Shown here piece by piece: positions 1 to 8,619 of a stretch of 64,000 nt of DNA. The position numbers and the translations under genes were made by a program. Numbering within the stretch: the first letter of the stretch is position 1; the number at the start of each line of letters is the position of its first letter. Under the pieces are notes generated by a model, which searched no databases, was not told the origin of the DNA, and worked only from the letters and a program-made list of their open reading frames with translations. This DNA is from Candidatus Aldehydirespiratoraceae bacterium (GTDB lineage Bacteria; Actinomycetota; Acidimicrobiia; Acidimicrobiales; Aldehydirespiratoraceae). The stretch lies in NCBI GenBank assembly GCA_965205465.1, contig OZ242187.1, positions 2,454,244 through 2,518,243 on the forward strand, given 5' to 3'.

Positions 1-630
1 CGTGTTCGTAGCACGATCGCGGACACGCATCTTGAGGCGTATTTTGATGCCGCTGATCTGCAGCCAGGCGCGGACTGGGAACATGAGCTTCGCTCTCAAG
101 CGGCGTCCAGTGCTCTACTGGCTGTCCGCACTGATCTGTACGCCAGTCGGGAATGGTGTCAACGTGAGTTCCTTGTCGCGAAGCGGGCTGGCATGCCGAT
201 CGTGACGCTCAACGGAGTGTGTCGGGCCGAGGAGCGGGGATCGTTCCTGATGGACCATGTACCATCCGTGGGCTACCGCCAAATTGATGAAGACCTTCGG
301 CAGTCCAGTGTTGAGGTGGCCCTCAACCTGCTTGTCGATGCCGCACTCATGAGAGCCTTATGGGGCCTTCAGCAGGAGATGCTCAAGCAGATTGGGTTTG
401 ACTGGACTCCGTTGCACGCGCCCGAACCCGTAACGGTGCTTCCGTGGTTGCTTGAAAACCGACAGCGCGCGACCGAGGAGGGCCCACTATTGATAATGCA
501 CCCTGACCCGCCGCTAGGACCCGAGGAAGGCAGAGCGTTGACCGAACTGTTTGAGGTGGCCGGAGTTGGCGACATGGTCGACGTCGTCACACCACGCACC
601 TACATGAGCCGGACTACACGAAAGCAGTGA
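1..630 (+). CDS. TIR-domain protein, 5'-truncated by the window edge, with ~130-aa C-terminal extension of unknown function
   Basis: Frame 1 is open from nt 1; the track lists only the Met-initiated part 193..630. Translation ...AYFDAADLQPGADWEHELRSQAASSALLAVRTDLYASREWCQREFLVAKRAGMPIVTL fits the bacterial TIR pattern (D-x-x-L-x-P-G-x-x-W ... S-x-x-W-C-x-x-E). Stop TGA 628-630 overlaps the next gene's start. Confidence 0.7.
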   Translation, partial: RVRSTIADTHLEAYFDAADLQPGADWEHELRSQAASSALLAVRTDLYASREWCQREFLVAKRAGMPIVTLNGVCRAEERGSFLMDHVPSVGYRQIDEDLRQSSVEVALNLLVDAALMRALWGLQQEMLKQIGFDWTPLHAPEPVTVLPWLLENRQRATEEGPLLIMHPDPPLGPEEGRALTELFEVAGVGDMVDVVTPRTYMSRTTRKQ

Positions 631-1484
631 TGACTATTGAAGGCCTAGTTCCAAGCGACTCGCTGAGGGATGTGAGTGTCGGCCTCTCGGTCTCCGCCAG
701 CGATGACCTGAGTCGGCTTGGGCTGTCCTCGTCGCATGCCGAGCAAGCCGTAGGTGAGCTTGCTCGAGCTGTGCTGATTGCTGGAGGAAGTCTCGTTTAC
801 GGGGGACGTGTCAAGCCTTCGGGTTTCACCCAGTACCTCATGCACGAAGTACGCCGCTACGGCCGCGACGGTGAAACAGCGCTCACCCTGTGTCTTGCGG
901 CTCCCGAACACCACAAGCTCTCACACAGCGAACTCGACAAAATCGACCGAACGCTCGGGACAAGGGGACGAATCGTTTGCTTCGACCCAGAAGGTCGCGA
1001 GATCAATGGCATCTTGAGTACCAAGTCCCGTGATCCCGAGCCCTTTTCGGAAGTCGATGCCCCAGCCGCTTACAGTTCAATGCGCCGCCATCTGGCGGCC
1101 ATAACCGACGCCCGAGTCCTCATCGGTGGGAGGCTCTCGGACTTTGCTGGGGCAATGCCGGGAATCGTCGAAGAGGCGATCGTTGCGGTGGAGGCTAGGC
1201 ACCCCCTGTACGTGTCGGCAGGCTTTGGGGGTGCGGCTGCCCTCGTGGCGCAGCGGCTGCACCTCGATGATCTGCACTGGGCACCCGAAGACTTCCCGGC
1301 ACGTCCCGACGATGATCGCATCGACCGTGGTCTACAACTGCTGGACATGGCCGCTGCTACCAGCGGATGGAACGCGATGTCATGTGGATTGGATGAGCAG
1401 GGCGTTCGTCAGCTGGCGGCCACTCATCGTGCTAGCGAGGTTGCGTCGCTAGTAGTCCGAAGTCTAGCCCAGTCGCGCATCTGA
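627..1484 (+). CDS. Stand-alone SLOG-superfamily (LOG/TPALS-like) Rossmannoid nucleotide-binding protein
   Basis: GTG 627 or ATG 630 overlaps the TIR stop (GTGATG). Glycine-rich strand-loop motifs are typical of LOG/SLOG: VGLSVSAS, AGGSLVYGGR, VLIGGRLSDFAGAMPGIVEEA, YVSAGFGGAA. No extra effector-like domain in its 285 aa. Confidence 0.6.
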   Translation: MMTIEGLVPSDSLRDVSVGLSVSASDDLSRLGLSSSHAEQAVGELARAVLIAGGSLVYGGRVKPSGFTQYLMHEVRRYGRDGETALTLCLAAPEHHKLSHSELDKIDRTLGTRGRIVCFDPEGREINGILSTKSRDPEPFSEVDAPAAYSSMRRHLAAITDARVLIGGRLSDFAGAMPGIVEEAIVAVEARHPLYVSAGFGGAAALVAQRLHLDDLHWAPEDFPARPDDDRIDRGLQLLDMAAATSGWNAMSCGLDEQGVRQLAATHRASEVASLVVRSLAQSRI

Positions 1485-1559
1485 TCTGTCGGCGAGATCC
1501 CAAGTTCGGGCAGGCGCAGACCGCTACCATCTGATCGACGGTCTCTTCGAGGGAGTTTG

Positions 1560-2642
1560 ATGGCGCCAAGGGGTTCAGGTCAGCGACCGGCCGTGACGGA
1601 GGGGTTCGCCTGCTACTGGGCCTTCGCCGCCGAGCGACAGCAGGTCTATTATCGGAGGTTAGCGAGCGCGGGCGGCCCCCTCAGCAACGACTCCGTCATC
1701 ACGACCCACCGATTCACCAACGCCTATCGAGCCTCGGACCGGGTGAGCCAGTTCCTCATTAGTGAGGTCCAGTACAACCGGAAGTGGGGGTGGCTCGACA
1801 CATTCGTTCGGACTCTGATCTTTAAGATCTTCAACCGCATAGACACGTGGCGGTACATAGTCGAGCACGCCGGAGAACCAAGCTTGGATACACTTCAGGA
1901 GCGTCGTATCGATCAGGTTATGGCGACGATCGCTGGGGTGCGCCCGCTGTATTCGGCTGCCTACATCATGCCGCCCCCCAGGTCGGCGTCAGGACCCAAG
2001 TACGTACGACATCTGGAGCTGATCCGGCGGATGGTGGGTGACGGCGCACCCTGGAAGATCCAGTCGGCGCCCAACATGGCTGCCGCGTTCGGGGTTCTTC
2101 GCCGTTACGACTCCATCGGCGACTTCCTCGCCTACCAGTTTGTGACCGATCTCAACTATTCGCCGCACCTGTCGTTCTCCGAGACAGAGTTTGTCGTTCC
2201 CGGCCCTGGTTCCCTCAGAGGGCTCCGGAAGTGCTTCTCTGACCCCGGCGCGCTTTCTGACGATGAGCTCCTTCGATGGACTTGGGAGCGCCAGGAGGAT
2301 GAGTTCGCCGCTCGTGGCCTACAGTGGCATGGGCTATGGGGAAGGCCGCTCCAGCTGGTGGATGTGCAGAACCTCTTCTGCGAACTCGACAAGTACTCCC
2401 GCGTCGCCCTACCCCAACTCTCCCGGCACGCACCGGGTAAGCGGATCAAGCAGCGCTATCGCCCCTCAACTGAGCCGATGACAGCCTGGTTCCCCCCAAA
2501 GTGGGGACTTAACGACGCAGTTACGGCCCAAGACCTTTCAGAATGGACAAATCTGTCGCACCCTGTGGACCCAGACTCGATAGTCCAGTCTTCGGGCTTC
2601 GGCTCCGAGTCACTCGATGAGCCGAAGCTCCCGGGTATCTAG
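1560..2642 (+). CDS. Putative nucleotide/DNA base-hypermodification family protein (5-hmdU DNA kinase helical domain / aGPT-pyrophosphorylase-like)
   Basis: ATG 1560 is preceded by GAGGGAG (1549-1555). N-terminal FACYWAFAAERQQVYYRR...THRFTNAYRASDRVSQ resembles, from memory, the ER..I..R + RFxNxxRxxDRvT signature of that family. The coding call is solid; the function is unverified without an HMM search. Confidence 0.45.
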   Translation: MAPRGSGQRPAVTEGFACYWAFAAERQQVYYRRLASAGGPLSNDSVITTHRFTNAYRASDRVSQFLISEVQYNRKWGWLDTFVRTLIFKIFNRIDTWRYIVEHAGEPSLDTLQERRIDQVMATIAGVRPLYSAAYIMPPPRSASGPKYVRHLELIRRMVGDGAPWKIQSAPNMAAAFGVLRRYDSIGDFLAYQFVTDLNYSPHLSFSETEFVVPGPGSLRGLRKCFSDPGALSDDELLRWTWERQEDEFAARGLQWHGLWGRPLQLVDVQNLFCELDKYSRVALPQLSRHAPGKRIKQRYRPSTEPMTAWFPPKWGLNDAVTAQDLSEWTNLSHPVDPDSIVQSSGFGSESLDEPKLPGI

Positions 2643-3515
2643 ATTGCACTCGACGACGCCGCCCTTGGCTTCGCAGAGTCGTGGGAAGATCTCGAAAGCC
2701 TGGGTGTAGGCACTTCGCCACGCGATTAGGGGCTGACTTGCGACTTCGAGTCCTCGAACGGTCCTCTGCACATGTCTTAAGAGGTCCCACCCGATGGCAT
2801 CAGGCTCGAAGCAAGACGGTTCCAAGTAGTTGAAGACGAACGCTGCGAGGCCCTCTTCGACGGCGATGGCGCGTGCGCCGTCCTCGGTGCGGTCACGCTC
2901 GCCCACATCTTTCCGCTTCGCTCTCATCAGCGCTCGAAGGACAGGTGACCAACCCAAAACCGTGGCGTGCGCAAGGTGGATGATGTCGTGATAGCGGTAT
3001 CCATCTTCGATTGCAGCGTTGTCGTCGAGCGGGTCGCCTAGCTGGGCGGGGGCTTCCTTCCGGTCACTTTCTCGCTTGACTCGCTCAGCTAGTTCGTCCT
3101 GTGGAACCATTCGGACGACAGGGATCTCACCGGACTGTTCCTCTTCAAACTTAACCCGCATGTACCGGAGTAGCTTCTGACGGTCATACGGGTGGTTGTC
3201 GTAGTCAGGAAGCGGCGGCATCGCCGATGAAAACAAGTCGCCCGCCTTGTTTAGGTTCTTCTCAGCGACATCATTGAGATCCAGATTCAAGCGGCGGGCA
3301 AGCAACGCGACGTACCAGAGCAAGTCTCCAAGTTCTTCACTGACGCGATTTTCGAAGCCGGAAATCGGACCACCCTCACGGAAGAACTTCTTGGCTTCGG
3401 AGACCACCTCGCCTGCTTCGCCCGCAATCCCGAAGAGAGCTATCCGTATCGCCTTCTTGTCACTCCCGAGATCATCGGTTGCTGCCGCTCGATCAGCGAA
3501 TTCCTGCAAGTCCAT
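2610..3515 (-). CDS. MazG-like all-alpha NTP pyrophosphohydrolase fused to an unassigned ~190-aa C-terminal domain
   Basis: The N-terminal ~100 aa carry MazG metal-binding helices (FGIAGEAGEVVSEAKK ... SEELGDLLWYVALLA). Convergent with the previous gene; the 3' ends overlap by 33 nt. Confidence 0.75.
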   Translation of the reverse strand: MDLQEFADRAAATDDLGSDKKAIRIALFGIAGEAGEVVSEAKKFFREGGPISGFENRVSEELGDLLWYVALLARRLNLDLNDVAEKNLNKAGDLFSSAMPPLPDYDNHPYDRQKLLRYMRVKFEEEQSGEIPVVRMVPQDELAERVKRESDRKEAPAQLGDPLDDNAAIEDGYRYHDIIHLAHATVLGWSPVLRALMRAKRKDVGERDRTEDGARAIAVEEGLAAFVFNYLEPSCFEPDAIGWDLLRHVQRTVRGLEVASQPLIAWRSAYTQAFEIFPRLCEAKGGVVECNLDTRELRLIE

Positions 3516-3972
3516 CGTTTACTCCTCGTTACGGCCCAGCCCGGTCGGCAGTCTAAACGCATTCTCACTGACCAATGAGCGACCTTGAAGGCGAAGGTAG
3601 CTTGGGTTGCAGACAGGGCAGGACGTGTTGTTATACGGTCGTCGTGAAGGAGACGCTGGAGTGGCCCTAGCGCTGTCTAAGAACCTTGGGGTGCACGTTC
3701 TGTTGAGACAGGATGGTGGTGTGGGAGTGGCGCGGGTCGCGGTGGAAGAACAGTCGTGGCCCCGCAACCTTGTCACGGTGCCATAGGTCGTCAGCCAGGC
3801 GGTGTCACACCCGTCTGCCATCGTTGGGTTCTCGATTCGGCGAGTTCTATGACGTGCCAAATGCGATTTCCCCGCAAGGCCGGGATCGAGGCAGTTGATC
3901 CAATACCAGGCTGCTCGGGTATCGCCCGACTCGCAGCTGTCGGCTACTACTCTCCGTGGAAGGACCCCAAGC

Positions 3973-5042
3973 ATGGCCTATAGAACCATCGACCTCTTTG
4001 CAGGAGCGGGCGGGCTCACCGCAGGCTTCTGCTGGCTCGTGACAGCACAGGAGTTGAACTCTACGATCCTGTCTTCGCGGTGGAGCACGAGCCGGCGGCT
4101 GCAGCCACCTACAAGGCCAACTTCGGCATACACGTCCATGACGGGGACATCGAGTTCATGGACCCCAGGGTGTACCCCAGCGCCGACATCATCATCGGAG
4201 GGCCGCCCTGTCAGGGATTCTCTCCGCTGGGCCGTGACCGCGACCCCGACTCAAAGGCGGTACTCAACGGATTGTGGGAGCACTTCCTTGCCGCAGTCGT
4301 GCAGGTGCGACCGCGAGCGTTCGTGATCGAGAACGTCCCTCAGTTCCAGCGCTCCGCCCAGTTCAACGAGCTATTGGACCGGATGGCTAATCACCCCCTC
4401 CTGTCGCAGTTCGGCTGCGGCTACGGGGTACTGAATGCCGCGGACTACGGGGTGCCGCAGACCAGGAGACGGGGCATCTTCATGGCGGTCTACAAACAGT
4501 CCGTGCCTTGGCCTCCTCCGCCGACGCACGGCGACTCCCCGATGTTCGAGCAGCCGTATCGCACAGTGCGCGACGCGATCTCCGACCTGCCGGCCGAACC
4601 CACCACGGATCAACCCACCACAGCCGACGACGGCTCCCAGGATCTCCATATCCGACGCAACCCGCGGGAAACCTCTCTGCAGCGTTACCGGGCTATCCCA
4701 CCGGGAGGGAACCGCTTCGATCTGCAGCGCAATCGGCCCGACATCACGCCGGCCTGCTGGCTCAACAAACCCACGGGCACTACTGACGTGATGGGTCGGA
4801 TGTGGTGGGATAAACCCGGGCCGACGATACGGACCGAGTTCTTCAAGCCTGAGAAGGGACGTTACCTACATCCTGAGCACGACAGGCCTATCACCCACCG
4901 CGAGGCCGCTCGGCTCCAGAGCTTCCCCGACACCTTCATCTTTGAAGGATCCAAGATCGAGATCGCTCGCCAGATCGGGAACGCTGTCCCGCCAGTGCTC
5001 GCCCGTGAAATCGCCCTACACCTCGCGCGCATCCTCGAATAA
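3973..5042 (+). pseudogene. DNA (cytosine-5) methyltransferase, copy 1, frameshifted after motif I
   Basis: Same gene as 21852..22922. ATG 3973 gives MAYRTIDLFAGAGG. One G is missing between 4031/4032 relative to copy 2, so the frame-1 ORF ends at 4326. The remaining motifs (GGPPCQGFS, ENV, VPQTRRR, GNAVPP) lie in frame 3 (track ORF 4080..5042). Confidence 0.8.
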
Positions 5043-5086
5043 CGCAAGAATCCCGGTGGTTGACGTCCCGCTCGACCTAGCTGCCC

Positions 5087-6223
5087 TCAGTCTGCCGGTC
5101 CGGACTCGATGATCTGTCGGCTCAACCCGAGATAGAGGTCACGGTCGGGACTCGGCCCCGATTTTATTTCGGCACCAGCAAGTCGCCACCACCCATCACC
5201 CAGCCAGACGCTGTGATCCGTTCCATGCTCGGCAGGGACTACCCGGCAAGAAACCAGTTCCCCCTTGTAAGGAACAGGAAGATCCAATCCTCGGGCGATG
5301 TGGGGGTCAGCCCCCTGGTGGCCCAGGATCAAGAACCCCTCGCCGCCAAGGTTTTTGGTCAACCTCGCATCACGCGCCCGCTTCATCGGGTCCTTCTGCT
5401 GGGCGACTGTCACCATGGTCGACCGGTCGATGATCTCGCGCTGGATCTCACGCAGCAGGGCGTTCACGCGCCCCTGACCCGAAGGATTCAGCAGGATTTT
5501 GCGACGGCTCTCTTGGCTCAGCCGCCGGAGAGGGTTCGGCGGCAGGTCCTGCAGCCCACCCCAGAGCCAATAGGTGCTGTCCATCCCGTCGTCGTTCAGA
5601 CGCCGCTTGTTGTCCCGGTTGTACTGCCTACGCCTCCGACCAGAGTTGTCGGTCTTGAATTTGAGCAGGTCATCGCTGATCTGAATAACACCGGCGGCCC
5701 ATTGGGCATCGTCGTCGCTCATCCATACCAGGAGTGCGAGGTGGTCGGCGGTTCCGGATTGCTCGTGGTCGTCGCATAGGTACATCTCCATCGGGATCTC
5801 CCAACCGCCGAGGTCCTTGGAGAACTTGCAATCGACATCGTGCGCATTGATCTCCCAGTCGAGGTCGGTGCCTTCGGAGATGTCGAATTCGATTGTGAGT
5901 CCGAGTTCCACTTTGGTGCCCAAGTGGGTCTTCTCCGTCTTGTTGAGTTGTTGGTAGCACCATCGGCGCGTGCGCTGCCCGTCGAGCAGTTCATCCAGGG
6001 AGTCGCGCAGTACCCAGGCGAATCGCTCGCGACCGTCTGGTTGCTCCTCGAACCAGCGGACAAGACCCGCTAGGGCGGGGCCAGGCGATGAGGTCTGTTC
6101 GCTGGGAGGGCGTCGATTGGTGGACATCCGCGCCTTCGGGTCGTCAGCGAAGTCATCTGGCGGCGCACCACGGGACCCCCTCGATCTTGTCCTTCTGCGT
6201 CGCATGGAGTCAGGTCGGGCCAC
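5087..6223 (-). CDS. NaeI-family type II restriction endonuclease, copy 1 (intact)
   Basis: Blocks DGQRTRRWCYQQLNKTEKTHLGTKVE, VDCKFS, VTVAQQKDPMKRARD and ILGHQGADPHIARGLDLPVPYKGELVSCRVVPAE match my recollection of R.NaeI. Arg-rich N-terminal leader; alternative start M33 at 6127. Confidence 0.8.
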   Translation of the reverse strand: MARPDSMRRRRTRSRGSRGAPPDDFADDPKARMSTNRRPPSEQTSSPGPALAGLVRWFEEQPDGRERFAWVLRDSLDELLDGQRTRRWCYQQLNKTEKTHLGTKVELGLTIEFDISEGTDLDWEINAHDVDCKFSKDLGGWEIPMEMYLCDDHEQSGTADHLALLVWMSDDDAQWAAGVIQISDDLLKFKTDNSGRRRRQYNRDNKRRLNDDGMDSTYWLWGGLQDLPPNPLRRLSQESRRKILLNPSGQGRVNALLREIQREIIDRSTMVTVAQQKDPMKRARDARLTKNLGGEGFLILGHQGADPHIARGLDLPVPYKGELVSCRVVPAEHGTDHSVWLGDGWWRLAGAEIKSGPSPDRDLYLGLSRQIIESGPAD

Positions 6224-6296
6224 ACAGCGGGTCTACCGGGACTTTCGTGGTTTTGACAACTCTGCACGCCGCGCTGACGGGATTGTCGACTGGGAA

Positions 6297-6782
6297 TTAG
6301 CGCCTGCTACCAACGGTTGTCTCGCTCTGAGGTCGTGCCGTCCCCTCGGTTGAAGCGCGGACCGACTCCTGGACTCGGTCGGCCACTGACTCGGGGTCTT
6401 CGTGCTCCCAGAACCGCAGCACCGTCCACCCGGCCCGCTGCAGGTAGGCCGTAGTTTCCATGTCGCGTTCTACGTTGCGGGCGATCTTGTCGGCCCAGTA
6501 CTCCGAGTTGGTGGCGGGTTGCGTGTGGTGCTCTGGGCAGCCGTGCCAGAAACATCCGTCCACGAACACGACGATCCGGCTCTTCCGCAGCACCAGATCA
6601 GCGGTACGGGGCAGATCCGGCTCGGGACGGACCGAGACCCTGAATCGGATACCCCGTCGATGCACCGCAGAGCGCACAGCCAACTCGGGCTTCGTATCGC
6701 GGCTTCGATTGCCCTGCATCGACTTGCGGTTGCCGGGCGAGGAAGCCCAAGACGTGCTCCCAGAGCCTTCGGCCACGTTCAA
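6297..6782 (-). CDS. vsr: Very-short-patch repair endonuclease (Vsr), copy 1
   Basis: RSRDTKPELAVRSAVHRRGIRFR ... VVFVDGCFWHGCPEHH ... NVERD ... GWTVLRFWEHE are classic Vsr motifs. Confidence 0.85.
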   Translation of the reverse strand: MNVAEGSGSTSWASSPGNRKSMQGNRSRDTKPELAVRSAVHRRGIRFRVSVRPEPDLPRTADLVLRKSRIVVFVDGCFWHGCPEHHTQPATNSEYWADKIARNVERDMETTAYLQRAGWTVLRFWEHEDPESVADRVQESVRASTEGTARPQSETTVGSRR

Positions 6783-7182
6783 GACAATAATGCATCAGTC
6801 GATCCGACACGGTGTCTCCGCAGTGCTGCCCGCTATTGCCTTGCGGATCCTCGTGGTCCTAAACGTAAGCAGACCCCGGCCACTAGCTTCTTGGCTGCGA
6901 TCGGGCGTATCCTTGCTGGTTATTCCCCGGTGTCGCCAATGCCTCGTGGCATGCGCCCGGGGTATTGACTTTTTGAGGCTTGGTGGGACTGGCGCTGGAG
7001 TGCGCTTAGAGAGTCAACGATCAGGCGGAGCGCATGCACGATGCCCGTCAAGCTGTGGGTATGGTGTTGGCGGAGTAACGGACTCTGGGCGGCGGCCGGG
7101 GGTTGAGCGGACGTTGGAGAGCGGGGCGCGGAATGAGAACGTCGTGCGATGTTGACTTGCCGATAGTGCAAGGGGAGCCGGT

Positions 7183-7629
7183 GTGATGGAAAAAATCCCG
7201 CCGCCACCACTGCCAAGACGGGTCGATCATTACTCGGCAGCGTTCAAAGTGGTCGCTGAGGAACTTGCCAATAGCAACCGACTGGCGTGGGCTGGGATGC
7301 TGGGGGCGATCCGGTATCTGCTCGAATTCAAGCGATCTGCAGTTGCACCAGATGTTCGTTGGCACATCGTGCAATCCGAGTTTGGAAAGCACTGCGGAGA
7401 GGTCCGCTGGCCTGATCCAGATACCCAATCCGAACATCCTAACGATGCATGGCGAGGCCTGTTCGTGGCCCATCCCAACGACGACTGGTACGTGTTTACC
7501 GTGCTCGGCAACAAGTCCGGAACTGGTCGTAGCGGCAACGACTGGTACACCTCCGCAGTGACACGTTCCGATGAGATCACCCGCGCCGCAATCGAGGCCC
7601 TCAACCTAGCAGACTTCCCAAGATCGTAA
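7183..7629 (+). CDS. Putative RelE/ParE-superfamily (Gp49/HigB-like) toxin
   Basis: The C-terminal pattern FTVLGNKSGTGRSGNDWYTSAVTRSDEITRAAIEAL resembles the G-D/N-K-S-G...WY...A...Y tail of Gp49/HigB-type toxins. It sits upstream of an XRE antitoxin with a 33-nt gap (toxin-first order). Confidence 0.45.
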   Translation: MMEKIPPPPLPRRVDHYSAAFKVVAEELANSNRLAWAGMLGAIRYLLEFKRSAVAPDVRWHIVQSEFGKHCGEVRWPDPDTQSEHPNDAWRGLFVAHPNDDWYVFTVLGNKSGTGRSGNDWYTSAVTRSDEITRAAIEALNLADFPRS

Positions 7630-7662
7630 AGGCATAGCTATACTCCGACGCTAGGGGCAACT

Positions 7663-7983
7663 ATGACAAGAGAACCAGACGACACGGAATTCTTCAGCGT
7701 CGACGATCTACCAGACGCCGATCCAGCAGCAGTCGAAGCCGCCTACAACCAGATTGTGGCCCGCCACGTATTGGTGAACCTGCGCGCCGGCAGTGGTATG
7801 AGTCTCGAACAAGTCGCCAAGCGGCGTGGTGTGACCAGAGCCGCGGTGCACCAGCTTGAGATCCGGCCGCTCGGCAAAGTCCGGATCGCCTCATTGATCG
7901 GCTACCTGCAAGCGGTCGGCTACGACGTCGACGAAGACTGGGTCGCCCGAAGCCTTACCGCCGCTCTTCCAGCGCGTAGCTGA
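7663..7983 (+). CDS. XRE-family helix-turn-helix antitoxin-like protein, copy 1
   Basis: HTH core LRAGSGMSLEQVAKRRGVTRAAVHQLE. Paired with the upstream toxin-like gene. Confidence 0.65.
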   Translation: MTREPDDTEFFSVDDLPDADPAAVEAAYNQIVARHVLVNLRAGSGMSLEQVAKRRGVTRAAVHQLEIRPLGKVRIASLIGYLQAVGYDVDEDWVARSLTAALPARS

Positions 7984-7984
7984 G

Positions 7985-8157
7985 GCGCGCGCCTTGTTGA
8001 GCTGTTGGTAGCACCATCGCCGTGTGCGCTGCCCGTCGATCAGTTCGTCCAGGGAGTCCCGGAGCACCCAGGCGAATCGCTCGCGACCGTCTGGTTGCTC
8101 CTCGAACCAGCGAACAAGGCCCCGTAGGGCGGGGTCGGGTGACGAGGCCTCCTTCAA
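7985..8157 (-). pseudogene. Internal 5' fragment of a third NaeI-family endonuclease gene
   Basis: Encodes ...PALRGLVRWFEEQPDGRERFAWVLRDSLDELIDGQRTRRWCYQQLNK, equivalent to residues ~49-104 of the full genes. It is joined directly to the sequence that normally lies upstream of vsr. Confidence 0.75.
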
Positions 8158-8556
8158 GACAATAGTGGATCAGCCGATCCGACACGGTGCCTCGGCAGCG
8201 CTGCCCGCTCCTGTGTTGCGGGATGCTCGTGGTCCTCGAAATAACCGGACCGGCCGCGAGGTTCTTGGCTTCGATCGGGCGTATCCTTGCTTGTAACTCC
8301 CCGGTGTCGCCAATGCCTTCGTGGCATGCGCCCGGGGTATTGCCTTTTTCTGGGTGGGTCTGGGGAGATCGTCTGGTGACCGCGACTGTCACACCCCTGC
8401 TGTGTGCTTATGGCGTGGACTCTCCAGGAATTGATCGGAAGGCGCGAGGGGTGCAATTGCGTCTTGGTGATGGGCAGAGGGTGCGCGCCCAAGCCGACCG
8501 CAGCGGGCAGACTGAGGGTGTGACCGTTGGCTCCGCGATCTCGCTCTTCTCCGGCG
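8158..8556 (+). repeat. Third copy of the vsr-dcm2 spacer plus the first ~12 codons of the second methyltransferase (stub)
   Basis: Nucleotide homology by eye to 24662-24950, including GTGACCGTTGGCTCCGCGATCTC.CTCTTCTCCGGCGC (VTVGSAISLFSGA). Homology ends at about 8556. Confidence 0.7.
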
Positions 8557-8619
8557 CAGGCTGGCGGGGTGGAGCACGCACGCGTCGTAAGTGGAGTCGA
8601 ACGACACGGTGTGGGCCGA

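Noticed and set aside
3519-3974. 151-aa minus-strand ORF and small plus-strand ORFs in the methylase upstream region (also 21474..21812)
   Set aside because: The duplicated copies conserve the nucleotide sequence but not a common reading frame or start. The region is treated as non-coding leader.
4025-4040. Programmed ribosomal frameshift in methylase copy 1
   Set aside because: There is no slippery heptamer or obvious stimulatory structure. The intact paralogue shows the site is a simple 1-nt deletion. Sequencing error remains possible.
5213-5779. 188-aa plus-strand ORF (and its twin 23180..23878)
   Set aside because: It is antisense to the NaeI-family endonuclease genes. It is conserved only because the underlying DNA is duplicated.
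6460-7155. 231-aa plus-strand ORF (and 6402..6968, 24281..24730)
   Set aside because: It is antisense to vsr and runs into non-coding spacer. It has no motifs.
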